Source: Eledone cirrhosa (taxonomy: Eukaryota). Taken from it: 64,000 nt of DNA. The translations under genes and the position numbers were made by a program. A model generated the notes under the pieces. The model was not told the DNA's origin. It was given only the letters and a program-made list of their open reading frames with translations, and did no database searches. Positions 40,330 through 54,996 of this stretch are shown here, piece by piece (position 1 is the first letter of the stretch; every line of letters starts with the position of its first letter). The stretch lies in NCBI GenBank assembly GCA_964016885.1, contig OZ024743.1, forward strand, positions 248,310,001 through 248,374,000, given 5' to 3'.

Positions 40330-41525
40330 AATGTAACTTGCTCCTTATTGACTCCCATGTGCCACTTAAGTCTAGCAGCAGACCTACAAACATCGTTGCA
40401 AAACTGACACAAATATTCAGCAGGCTTTTCAGGGAGGACATTAATATAATTACCATCACGCACGACCCGGATATTGCAGACATTCTGAAAGTTTTGTTTA
40501 CGACACAGGTCATAATCAAGAATATGCCCATGTTTAGATCTTGGGTGAGTCCAATAAACATTATGAGCATCCTGGTGGAAAAAGGAGTTACAAATGGCCA
40601 ATTCAAATTCAGTGTAGAGCTGAAGAAGGTGCAGTCCATTGCCATTCATGTTTCCAAGACCATACTTCCTCGATGCTTCCCAAGTCTCGTGATCCCTATC
40701 AACCCTGGCATTATGCCCCCAAGAAAAATCTTGTCTGCTTTTAGAACTTTAGTAATGGCAGATCGGAGATCTTGATAGAATGCCGTTATGGATTCTTCGC
40801 TACTGAAGAGAGTCGGAGCATAAACAAAGAACGGCTGTGCAGTAAGGAAACTCAGAGGACCATGATTCTGTCACTAATACTATAAAGTTGCTCCAGATGG
40901 CTGGTTAGCTCAGTTCGAATGACAAAGCCTACACCTCACTCATCTTTTTCTCCCCCAGGCTTGCGTTTTCAGAAAAAGGTGTAACCTACCTCGGATTCTG
41001 TCAACTGATCCTCACTACTCAGCCATGTTTCAGAGAGTGCAGCCAAGTCAACATCATACCGAGCCAATTCCATTGCTATCAAACTAATTTGACGTTCTGG
41101 ATTAATGGGCCCCTTGCGGTCAAGTAGTGTTCTTATGTACATTCACTCATTCACTGTACTTTTTGTTGTAGTATCTCTTGGTTTTTGCCATGCTATTATT
41201 GGTTTTTGCCATGCTATTATGAACCACTGCCAACCATAGGCTGCTGGCCAGTTTGATGACTGAACAGGTTTTATCTAGGTTACCTAGACCCTTCCCATGT
41301 GGCATGGATGAGCATGACCCCCCCCCTCCCCCCACACACCTAAAAAACCCCGAATCATGCTACTAAAGTACATCCGTACTTTAACAGCTCTTGTTTTTTT
41401 ATCTGTTGGGCTTCCACTTACCCTCTTTACCAGACCAGTGTCTAGTGGGGGAGCCGGTTTAGTCGCCCATCACCCAACCGTGAAACAGGTTGTACTGTAC
41501 TGTAGCAGGCAGAAGTCTGACCTGA
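40330..41525 (-). mobile_element. Internally deleted RTE LINE: 5' UTR and AP-endonuclease joined to the terminal C2H2 finger, RT absent
   Basis: RTLLD..ELARYDVDLAALSET..GYTFF..GVGF..MNGNGLHLLQL..WTHPRSKHGHILDY..IRVVR, then within ~15 codons YLCQFCNDVCRSAARLKWHM. Confidence 0.8.
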
Positions 41526-41546
41526 CACATACATACGTATATATAT

Positions 41547-41963
41547 ATGAACCACACCACTGCAGCAGACGACTTTGTGAAAGTCAAAACGTTCTCTTAA
41601 AATTAAACATTTCATCGGTATACGCGCGCCCACGTGCGTGCAAGGACTATAAAAGCCGGTCTATTGGTCTTCGTGATGGAGAACTAAAGAGAAAAAGAAG
41701 CCTGTGATATATGATGCTCCATTCTCTGAGTCACCTTCAGTTTTGGGAGAAACTCCTTTTCTTCAAAAATCATCATATATCACAGGCTTCTTTTTCTCTT
41801 TAGTTCTCCATCACGAAGACCAATAGTCCTTTTATAGGCTTTTATAGTCCTTGCACGCACGTGGACACACGCACACGCGCGCGCGCGTATACCGATGAAA
41901 GGTTTAATTTTAAGAGAACGTTTTGACTCTCACAAAGTCGTCTGCTGCAGTGGTGTGGTTCAT
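41547..41963. repeat. Fold-back inverted repeat (arms 41547-41716 and 41771-41963) starting at (TA)n
   Basis: ATGAACCACACCACTGCAGCAGACGAC... is matched by ...GTCGTCTGCTGCAGTGGTGTGGTTCAT; 54-nt spacer. Confidence 0.92.
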
Positions 41964-42456
41964 TTCTCTCAGGCGACTCTGTTCACCTTTTCCATCCCAA
42001 ATGGATATGACACCGATTTTATTCAACTATATTATATAATTAATATGCGTTATGGTTAACTCTGTGAGAGGCAAAGCATATTAAATTTAAACTTTTTGTG
42101 TGTGTGTGTGTGTGGGGGGGGGGTCTATGAGAGTCGGTACATTGGTCTTCCAGAAGGAGACTCCTGTGATATATGATGCTCTCCTCCCTATAATAATAAT
42201 TGTTTCTACTTTTGGCACAAGGCCAGCAATTATCCAGTAGATTACTGGTACTTTATTTTATCGACCTCGTAAGGATGAAAGGCAAAGTTGACCTCGAATG
42301 GTTAAAAAAAATTCTAAGCCCTCTTGAATTTTGATAGGAGCCCCTTCCCTCGACCGGACCCGAAATTTGTCTTGTCTCACCAAATTTGTCTGGTCCTATA
42401 TATATATTCCTTCCATATACTGTACCGTTTGTGTTGTTATTTCTGTTTACCTTTTA

Positions 42457-42542
<86 letters not shown>

Positions 42543-44116
42543 AAAGGTAAACAGAAATAATGAAGCAAATCTTAAATTTCAACTTTACTACACAGTTTTC
42601 AAAACTTGTTACCACAATGAAATGCTTATTTAATTAAAGGAATGACTGTTAATAAGGACCAAGGTATAGTTATATATGAAAGCAAAATATCCATTTCGTT
42701 CTTCCACCCCAGGTTCGAAAATACTTATTGTTCTTTTCACCTGTTTTCCTCTTTCTTCTCTCTGTATAAGGTGTGTGTCTCACATATATAACACTTGATA
42801 GAATTTCAGGTTGTAAAAGTTGTGTGTATGTGTATACATATGTGTGTGTATGTGTATACATATGTGTGTGAATGTGTATCATATGCACATACAGGGTATG
42901 TGTTTGTGAGTGTGAGAGAGAGAAAGGTTGGGTGAATATATATGTGTATATATATGTATGTATATACATATACATGCACAAGGTGGGTGAATGTGTGCAT
43001 ATACATACACGGGGCATGTTTATGTACGTGAGTGTTTGTGTGAGAGAGAGTAAGAGGGAGAGGGTGAGAGAGAGAGAGTGAGGGGGTTTGGAGAAGGGGG
43101 GGGGGGTAAGAAAAAAAAAGGAACGGAGATATCTGGGTAATTTTCGGAATAGCTAGGGCAACAACAACAAGAATAACAGTACTTTAAATGTATTGATATT
43201 TCTGATGGTGCTGGTTGAGCTCCTCGTATTTGTTAAAGGTATCATAATTTAGAGCACCGCACCAGAGCGGAGGTATGGTGAAACTGGGGAGGAGGGAGAC
43301 GAGTGGGAATTATTCAAATAGAAATACACGAGAGTCAGAATACTGTAAGAGTAGCGTTTGCAATTATGGTAATGTAGGGGTAGAAAAGCCACTTATAATA
43401 ATAGTAGTCGGATACTGTGAGCAAGCTAACTTTACATTGGAACGACTGAATTTGGCAGTGCTCAGCAAAGCTATCATAATCAGCAGGTGATTCTGAAAAA
43501 CTATATTGTTTTAGCAGTATTATAATTGGCTGAATCCGTCGCATTACCATGTTTGGGATATAACTTCAATAGACCATGTAAAACACGCAGAGAATTGGAT
43601 CTGATCTGAATGTTTATCGTGAAAAAATAGTAAAACTAAGCAGAATATTATTATCCTAAAAAAATGTAACGAGAAGAAAAACCTATATTTAGTTTCTTTT
43701 TGGTTTAGAGAGAGAGGAGAGGGAGGAGATAGAGAGAGGAGAAGTAGAGGAGATAGAGGAAAGAGAGAGAGAGGAGAAAGAGAGGAAAGATAAAGAGAGA
43801 GAAGAGAGATAGAGAGAGAGAGATGGGGGGGGGGGTATATTAATATTTGCTTCGCACTTCCAAAATTGGAATGAATAATTGGATATATATAAGCTGTTAT
43901 GTCATTGAATACATTTCTGAATTTTTTAACGACGATTCTTAGAAAGTAAAGATTTAGAAACATAATTAAACGTTATTTATAGGAAGAAAATAAAAAAAAA
44001 AGAAAGAAAACCCATCTATTTCTATAGATGTGAGTAGACATTATGAAACAGTCATTATGAAAAAAGTTTGGTTTAGTTCATTCCTACTTACAGCCTATCA
44101 CTTTGTTTATTTATTA

Positions 44117-44302
44117 GGTGAATTGGCAGTATCGGTAGAGGGTTGGACGCCATGCTTTCTAGCATAGTTACGTCCCTTTACGGTCTGAGTTCAAATTCCG
44201 TCGAGGTTAACTTTGCCTTTCATCCATACGGGGGTCGATAAAATAAAGTACCAGTAATGTACTGAGTAATTGCTGGCCTTCTGCCAAAAGTAGAAACAAT
44301 TA
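44117..44302 (+). mobile_element. SINE family A, young copy
   Basis: Near-identical to the minus-strand copies at 53206-53385 and 53648-53836. Confidence 0.88.
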
Positions 44303-44643
44303 TATATCGCAATTGTGAACAATAGCGTCGTTGGCTTCATGCTTCTCGCGGTTTGATCATTGGTTCATTATATTACTGACGAGGACAGTAGCCAGGGTGT
44401 CTCACCCCATTTTTTTTCCCTTACCGATGCTTATATTCTTCTCTAATATCCATATTACGTATAACTGCATTAATGGCTACCAAAATTTCACTACCAGGGC
44501 CTCAATTTATTTAGATAAATTTTCCCAAGGATCCCAGGCACTTGAAGGATTTGTCTACTCAGCAAGCTCACCCACGGACGCACATTGCTATCTTTGCTGA
44601 CGTTTAGGGATCCACGGACCTGGCTCGAATGTTTGCAACAGAG

Positions 44644-44879
44644 CAGGGGCGGTGGAAGCATTTCTGAATTGGCGCGGGGGTGGGGGAATTTGGTCAATTT
44701 AGCTGTTATTATCAGATATCAACCAAATAAAAAAAAACTTCGATATGCGATAAACATAACATGTACATAAAGTGTAGCGCATATATAAATAGATGTGTGT
44801 TTTGGTAGTTTGGGGAGAAAATACAATTATTAGGGGTGGGGCTGTCTTCGCCCCGTGGCTCCCCAGTCCCCCCCCCCTA
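44644..44879 (+). mobile_element. MITE, CAGGGGCGGTGGAA family
   Basis: Same interior as 7534-7809; TSD CAGAG on both sides. Confidence 0.82.
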
Positions 44880-45545
44880 CAGAGTGAACTCCATTATAAG
44901 CATCCCAGGGTCAGGTGGAGTTATTAAGCTTGACGACAGATAAGTCTACCACTCAAGAAGTCTAGAAGAAAACAGGAACCACAGCAGCACAGGATTATCA
45001 GGAATTAAAAGGATTTATATACCTGATGTGGTTGGTGTTGTTTACCCCCCAAGCTAGTCATCGTTGACATTCCAGCCCTGACTATCTTGTCATTTTTTCC
45101 ACATATATAGGGGTGGTGGAACTGGGGGGATGATGCCCCCCCCCCCCCCCCCCCGTCCCAATGATTATATATATTTTCTCCCCAAACTACCAAATTACAC
45201 GTCTATTTATATATCCGCTACAATTTATGTACATGTTATGTTTATCGCATATCGAAGTTTTTTTTATATCTTGGTTGATATTTGATAATAACAGCTAAAC
45301 TAATCACTACAACTAAATTGACTAAATTTGCTCTCACCCCCTCTCCCACTTCAGAAATGATATAGTATATTTTAGCCAATGTCTTTTAAGATAGTTGGCT
45401 GCTATTTGAGGGATATTTGGTTGGTATTTCTAACCTGTCAAGACGCCACTTAGAGGATGTTGGTGTTGTTAGTGTTCGGTTTGAATTGATGACCGTTAAA
45501 GTGAAGAGATAGGCGATTCAGTTCAGTTCTAGGAACAAGGAATTA

Positions 45546-45613
<68 letters not shown>

Positions 45614-45623
45614 GGTATATACA

Positions 45624-45719
45624 AAATAACGTTAAGACATTATGTTTACATGACTGTATTTATTACATGTATGTAATAAATACAGTTATGTAAACATAAT
45701 GTCTGTCTTAACGTTATTT
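45624..45719. repeat. 96-bp palindrome with 2-nt spacer
   Basis: AAATAACGTTAAGACATTATGTTTACATGACTGTATTTATTACAT-GT-mirror image; one mismatch and a 4-bp GTCT duplication. Confidence 0.92.
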
Positions 45720-45836
45720 CCTAAACGGACACTCTGCCGGGTTTAATCGCCGGGGTGCTTTCAAATTCTTGAACCGGATTACCATCGTGACATTACAACG
45801 TAACATTTACTGATAAGTACTCTAAGAATCACCAAC

Positions 45837-47653
<1,817 letters not shown>

Positions 47654-49214
47654 CGAAAAGAAGCAAGTGACAAAGTCACTACTTTCAAACTGATAGCGTA
47701 TGGTCTGCTAAATGTTTTAAATTAAACATACGGTATATTGCCAAATATACTATACATACATTCATATTAACAATTGTTTCATTATTCCGGTGTGTCTAAA
47801 AATCGCTGATCGTTAGAAGTCACGTCACTCAATTTTAATACATGGGAGAATAACAGAGATGAAAACAATTATCATAATAACATTAATGATAATAATAGTA
47901 GTAATAGAATATGTTTATAAACATATATACAGTAGTAATAGTATATGTTTATAAACATATATAGTATATGTAGTATATGTTTATAAACATCTATATCCAA
48001 AACAGTGGATATAGAGAAAAGGTGAAGTTGGAAATAGCACGGAAAATAACAGGGTCTGTTTTTCTCTTTTTTATCTTTCTTTGATCGTGAAAGTGACATT
48101 ATTGAAAAAATGAGAGGGACAATTCTTTTTAAAAAAAAGTTTTATAATGTATATAAAGTATTACCGGTTTCGATGTATTATTAAAATTCATCTTATCAAA
48201 TGTTGAGTATTGAAATATTATATATACATATATTCACACACATGTATACATACACACACACACACACGCCATATATATATCATATATATATATATATGAC
48301 AAATGTAGGTGTAACATAAGGGTCAACGTTTTAGTGACTGTTGTAAAAATGTTTAAAGTAGTAGTGAGATGACGTCACAGCATACGTCTATGACTGGAAT
48401 GGATTTTAAGCTTTTTCCACAAAAATGTAAGTCTTCATTTAAAGAGGAGACCTGGACTTTCTATTAAGTCTGGAATTGCTGTTTCCCAACAAGAAGACAG
48501 TTTAAACAATTTTTTTTCATATAGCTGACGTCAGACATTTTGGACAGATTTAGGAAATACATTTGATATACAAACTCAGTACCTACTTTCTGCACTAAAA
48601 ATGACTTGTTTACCCAACTTATACGACTATTTTATAGTCAAACTTACGTTGTAGCGGCTTACAATAAGCTAACATACTTTTAAAATTCAAATTTACTTAA
48701 CATTTTGTAAAATGATTGATTCTTTGTTTATAATAAATTTTCAGATTACCAAGATGAAACTTTTAATCCAAATAATTATGGTTATTATTTTCTAGCCACT
48801 CATGTTTTTAACTGCGCTAAGAGAATCTTATCAAATGAAACTTACTTATGTAAAACCTTCATAATTTCTGTGACGTGAAACTTTTCGATGGAAATGTTTA
48901 TATTAATTCCACCTGAAAATGTTGGTTGATCTTCATATACAGTCAGTATGTATGGACTCATAACTCATGATGTGGCACCATCCTGACATATGGCATGTCT
49001 TCAACATTTCAAACCTGACAGAGCTCATTTTCTCTTCAGGTCTGAACACAGCCGATTTCTTCCTGAGAAGGAGAGAAAATGAGAACGAGAAAGGAAGCAA
49101 GAAAGAGTACTGTTTAGCTTCCCAGACATTTTACGGTAGCAACGCACTTTTAGAAATATAAGTCATCAAGTGTTGTTAGTGATACAAAATTTACGAAATT
49201 TATAAATAAACAAT

Positions 49215-49468
49215 TATCTGGTTAGAATGTCTCAGGAAAGAATCGCTGAACAGATTTAATGGGCAAAACCAACCAGCAAGAGACCCAGGGGTAGAACCTG
49301 AGCAACATGGCTGGATAACATCCATGAGCTTGGCTGGTCTCGCTTGGAGATCCAGCCGGATCAGTTGGAGACAGTTGCTTCTGATAGGACCCGCTGGAAG
49401 AGTATGTGAGGACTTTGCCCTCACGGCCCTTTCATGAATAAATGGGCGAAGAAGAAGAAGAAGAAGAA
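49215..49468 (+). mobile_element. RTE LINE 3' end with (GAA)n tail
   Basis: Homologous to 52255-52593 and 59091-59600. Confidence 0.78.
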
Positions 49469-50252
49469 AAAGAACAATTAAGCTTGGAAAGTTCTGAGTT
49501 AGAGAGCTCGCCAAGAAACTTAACTGTAGTTGAGTGTTTGAATAAACAAACGCAAGCAAATTTGGATTGTAGTTTTGTTTTCCAGTCATACCATTAGACT
49601 TATATTTCACCTAATGTCTCGTAATCTAAAAGGGTGTGCCTATTTTATAAAGAAACCACTGTTCTATTCAAACCTAAAGGTAAAATATTTCTAATGAGCT
49701 TGAAATATAGATATACATCTGGTATTGTTTTAAACTGCCTTGTTGAAACAGTTGCTATATATTTGAGTGTCTTTCACTCTTTTCACAACTTCACTTCTTA
49801 TAAACTCCATTGTTTTTGTCGACACTTGAACATCGACCAACTTTATTTAAGCACTTATTCTTTTATTCACAATAGACCAAACTTATCAGGGTGATATCAT
49901 ATTTTTACATAAGTGATTATGATCTTACTTCGTTACATGGGGGAAAAGAGGTCAAGACTCCTTTTGAGTTATATTTCTTATCTATTTCTCTCCTAAACAG
50001 AGACGTAGATTAAAGCTAAACTTTCATTGTTTACGTTACATTTCAATATGTGGAAGTGTATTACATACAAATGTTCTATATTCCTTCCCGAAAATGAGAT
50101 AGAATACATTTAATCTAAAATTGAATGTGTCGTAGTCTCAGCATCTTTAACGTTTGTCATACGTACTACATACATTATAATTATTGAAACTTTCATCATG
50201 CGCATGTCCCCTGCACTTTCTTACACACACACCACACACGCACGCGCGCGCG

Positions 50253-50354
<102 letters not shown>

Positions 50355-50849
50355 AAGTATTTGAAATCCAAACCAAAACAATTCAGGCTAGCTATTTCTT
50401 TTCGCTCATTTAAGACAGGGGTCAGCAACAGATTCTAGTGATCATGTTTAAATGTCCAAGGCATATATCGGACCCCCCATGACTCAATCTAGAGTTAAAG
50501 GCCCATGCGTGCATATTTTCCCATACAAATCGTATGGGTGGTGAATTATCTCTGATGAGGATCGGAACCGGTTCGCAGAGTACTTAACACAGCGGCACTC
50601 GTCCAATATTTCTTTATCTCACATGTAAGTACATGCACGTGCACACACAAATCCTGCGAGGAAGAGAATCTTTAGACTGAAAGTTCGCTCAGTCATAAAC
50701 ATTTTGTTAATAAGCAACTACATATACCTACACTCCCTATGTTACTTTATCTTATAAGGCTTAGATATCTATTAGTAATCTTGTTTGTAAAACTCGCTCA
50801 GTTATTCTGTAACGTAAATCACAGTTACAACGAACTATAATACTGTTTG

Positions 50850-51173
50850 ATGGACCTCCGTCGGTTCCCACAACGAGTGTTCCAGTTGTTTGATCAATAG
50901 TACTGCCTTCCCATGAAATTAACGTGTAAATGGCTGAACATGTTGTAACACGTGTAACCCTCAAAATAATGTTCAAGGAGATTCAGTGTTTGACACAATG
51001 TGTGACCAAAGCTGGATCTTTCAATTACATGAACAAGTTATTTTTGCCAGCTGAGTGGGCTGGAGCAACATGAAATAGTGACTTGCTCGAGGACACAACT
51101 CGCCGCTGGATATCGAACGCTCGACTCTACGATCCCGTGCCGAACACCCTAACTACTAAATTACACTCCTTCA
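50850..51173 (-). mobile_element. Full-length SINE family B
   Basis: Reverse complement of the 13186-13509 family. Confidence 0.82.
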
Positions 51174-51210
51174 CAAGTATAATATAATATTGGTTGGAGG
51201 GAAAAAAACC

Positions 51211-51282
<72 letters not shown>

Positions 51283-52254
51283 TATATATATACGTAACTA
51301 TATGTCGTAAAGTATGTTGACAGACGCTCTACCGATATTCCAACCTACCACCACCCCTTATAAAATATATAATTGTTTCTACTTTTGGCACAAGGCCAGC
51401 AATTACCCAGATGATTAAATATGATATATATATATATGTAGCGCATATGAAATGTAGAGAAGTTGGTGGTGAGTTGAGTAGTAGCGACAGAGTGTAGAGT
51501 AGATGTAGTGATGGAAGGAATTGGCTGGAGTTGGTTGTTGTTCATTTGAGCGTGGCAGAGGTTATAGTAGTTTTTGTTGTTAGCTTAAAGGGTGATTATG
51601 AAGAAGGTAAAATGTGTCCTATAATAAAGCGCTATATAAAATGCCGTTGAATAAACAAATAAAACATGATCGCCGCTTAAAGAATTTTTATGAAGAAAAT
51701 AGCTTAATCGAAGCTATTGTTGATAAAACAGAAAAACAACAAAGAACCAAGTAAATTGTGTGTTATGTTTGTGTGGTTGGTTTGTGTGAATGTAGTAGTT
51801 GTCTGACCAGATGCATTGAACTAACCTTTATCAAGTACCAACCCTGTCGACAAGGCTGGAGTGTTTACTTGCTAAGCGTTACATCTTTCTACTGCTTGAG
51901 CAATTCGAATTGATGTCCTTCTCTTCCGAGAAACCAGAGTGGAATGGCTTTAAGAAAATCTTATCTTCTTTAAATCCAAGTTGGCCAGTTTCTCCAGACT
52001 ACTGACTAGAGATAAGGAAAAATAGCACCCAGGTGTCATTTGGGGGTCAGTATGTGTGGGGAGATTTCGCTACATGTATACCCCCCTGGAGTGTAAATTA
52101 TTGCCTCTGACTGAGAATCACTGGTTTAAAAGTTAAAATCACTGAAACATTGAGTTGAAATATATTTTGTGAATGTAATCTTGGTCTAATAATGTGTCAA
52201 CTTCATCACTCGGTAATCAGAACAATGGAGATAGGTGTAAAAGTCAAACTCGTT

Positions 52255-52593
52255 ATCTTCAAGATAGAGTGCGTCGTTCGTAGATCAGAGAGTCACTGCA
52301 GGTAGAGCCACTACTTCTCCTAATTGAGAGATCACAGCTCCGATATTATGGGTATGTGGTTAGAATGTCTCGGGAAAGAGGCGCTGAACAGATTTTACAG
52401 GCAAAGCCAACAGGCAAGAGACCCAGGGATAGGCCCGAGCAAGATGGCTGGATAACATCCATGAGCTTGGCTGGTCTCTCTTGGGGATCCAGCCGGATCA
52501 GTTGGAGACGGTTGCTTTTGACAGGCTCCGCTGGAAGGAGTGTCTGAGGACTCTGCCCACACGACCCTCTCAGGAATAAGAGGGAGAAGAAGA
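52255..52593 (+). mobile_element. RTE LINE 3' fragment
   Basis: ESLQVEPLLLLIERSQLRYYGYVVRMSRERGAEQILQAKPTGKRPRDRP. Confidence 0.82.
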
Positions 52594-52653
52594 CGATTAT
52601 ATATATAGATCAATAATATTAATAAATGGAAACTATCTTTATAAAACCATATT

Positions 52654-52718
52654 TATTTTATTATATATATATTTCAAGCGTACCAAAATGTTTTGGTACG
52701 CTCTCATCAGATAAAATA
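52654..52718 (-). ncRNA. Minimal type I hammerhead ribozyme (best-preserved copy)
   Basis: tattttat CTGATGA gagcgtaccaaaa-ca-ttttggtacgctt GAAA tatatata TA ataaaata. 8-bp stem I, fully paired stem II, (UA)n stem III, AUA triplet. Confidence 0.85.
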
Positions 52719-52839
52719 CAAAAGTTGTTTTATAGATAGTGACATATTCTAGAACAAGAACTTATCATTTTAAGTTCTGTTTCAAACAGAACTTAAGTTC
52801 TTGTTCTTGAATATGTCACTATCTATAAAACAACTTTTG

Positions 52840-52902
52840 TATTTTATCTGATGAGAGCGCACCAAAACATTTTGGTACCTTTGAAATATATATAATAAAA
52901 TA
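52840..52902 (+). ncRNA. Minimal type I hammerhead ribozyme (stem II partly mutated)
   Basis: tattttat CTGATGA gagcgcaccaaaa-ca-ttttggtaccttt GAAA tatata TA ataaaata. Core intact, two stem II mismatches. Confidence 0.75.
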
Positions 52903-53064
52903 AATATGGTTTTATAAAGATAGTTTCCATTTATTAATATTATTGATATTATACTCCAGAAAAATTTTGTTGAGTGCTTCGAATCTGTTATAAATAAATT
53001 TGTTGAATAACCAACAAATTAAATAACTCTTTGTTCATATATATATATATACACACACACACAA

Positions 53065-53122
<58 letters not shown>

Positions 53123-53205
53123 ACACTCACGCATTCTCATATACACACATATATATAGAGAGAGGGGAACCCATAAATGTAGTTAGTAGATATGTCTCTT
53201 ATTAA

Positions 53206-53385
53206 AATAATTGTTTCTACTTTTGGCACAAGGCCAGCAATTACCCTGTGCATTACTGGTACTTTATTTTATCGACCCCGTAAGGATGAAAGGCAAAGTT
53301 AACCTCGGCGGGATTTGAACTCAAACCGTAAAGGGACGTAACTATGCTAGAAAGCATGGCGTCCAACCCTCTACCGATACTGCCG
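53206..53385 (-). mobile_element. SINE family A, young copy
   Basis: Matches the family consensus; a second copy lies at 53648-53836. Confidence 0.88.
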
Positions 53386-54377
53386 TTTGCGTGCTTCCCT
53401 ATCAATAAGCTTATCACATTGGCACAAAGCCACGAATGTGAGCGGCGGAGCAGAGTCACTTAACTCTACCCAAGTCAATAACCTTATAAGAGGGTAGTTT
53501 CATCAAAATGTGGTAATTACTATAAGCAGTCTGAGAAACAATATTATGTAGTCTAATGTCATTTGGTCTTAAACATGATTTTCTTTGCTCATTACCAACC
53601 TCGGCTTGAAAAACACTTTCAGCATTACTGATACAATGGACGCATAATTAATTGTTTCTACTTTAGGCACAAGGCCAGCAATTACCCAGTGCATTACTGG
53701 TACTTGATTTTATCGCCCCCGTAAGGATGAAAGGCAAAGTTAACCTCGGCGGGATTTGAACTCAGAATGGCAAGGGCCGTAACTCTATGCGTCAAAGCAT
53801 GGCGTCCAACCCTCTACCGATACTGCCAATCCACCGAAGTGAAAGAATTCATTTAGATAGTTCTTCGAAAAAGAAAACAAACACAAGATTAAGACGTTTT
53901 ATTAACCTGCTCTTCAACAATATGTTATGTACTGGTCCGAATAGTTCTTGTAAATAAAAACATCGCAAATGATTTTTTTCTAAATCATTTGCTAACGTCA
54001 GCAACGTTGGCAAAAAGCATGAAGCATTCAAGTGAGATTATTTCTGTTTTGGAAATAAATGTAGATTTATGTTAAAGAGTGATTCAGCAAAAACATTGTC
54101 TGACATTTCGTTATACAGCTTACTTCAAAACAGGAAGCCAAATGTTTTCTGACTGATACAACAAAGAAAAAAAAAAAACAATTGAAAAAAATATAGTGAA
54201 GAAATTATATATATGTGTGTGTGTGCGCGTGTATGTTTATCTGTAAAACAAAGGGCCGAGAAGACTATTTACTGAAGAGTCTTCAGTCGGGTCAAAGTCA
54301 TGACAACCCCCTAGTGTTGGTGCACCCACTACACTCAATAGAGTAGGGGAATGTATGTAAAAGAGATGCAACCCCCG

Positions 54378-54519
54378 CAGTAGCTTAGCTAGAGGGGGTC
54401 AAGGGGGGGGGGGTCCACTCCGGGCGACACTTTTAGGGGGGGCGCACTTTTGGGTCTGCTGTAGGCTATAAGCGTTCTTTTAAGGCTGCAGCATAATATT
54501 AGAATTGTACACAGACTAG

Positions 54520-54555
<36 letters not shown>

Positions 54556-54843
54556 AATAACATTAAGAAAGATGGTGATGTTACATAAATCGTTTATTCT
54601 TAATAATTATTTCAACGGTTCTCTTATGCAATCCAAGATGTAATTTATGCATTTGTTGTTGTTATGAGAACGGTATCTTCAGATGAAAAACACCCGATTT
54701 TGTGACATGCCGCAGGCAAAAAAACACGTCCTTCTACTCGCGTGCTCGGTTGACAGAAGCGAAAACCAACCAAACAGTGAGTGTGTTCTGTTATTATTTC
54801 TGGCAATATTATTACAACAATATGACCGTCTCCAAGTATAACA

Positions 54844-54914
<71 letters not shown>

Positions 54915-54996
54915 AGCAATATGTATTTTTATGGAGGCCCGGGTTCGGAAAACTGACGGGCTGCCCCGGGCGGAACACACTCTAGCTACGCCACTG
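54378..54996 (+). mobile_element. hAT-type MITE
   Basis: TIRs CAGTAGCTTAGCTAGA / TCTAGCTACGCCACTG; 8-bp TSD AACCCCCG / AGCTCCCG (6 of 8 match). Confidence 0.75.

Larger units (their letters stand above)
52609..52947. mobile_element. Hammerhead-bearing fold-back element (inverted PLE pseudo-LTR-like pair)
   Basis: Arms 52609-52764 and 52794-52947 near-identical; nested hairpin TAAGTTCTGTTT-C-AAACAGAACTTA in the centre; short (TA)n to the left and (TA)n from ~53038. Confidence 0.85.

Noticed and set aside
50545-50585. CTGATGAGGATCGGAACCGGTTC hammerhead-like string
   Set aside because: No GAAA and no proper stem II.
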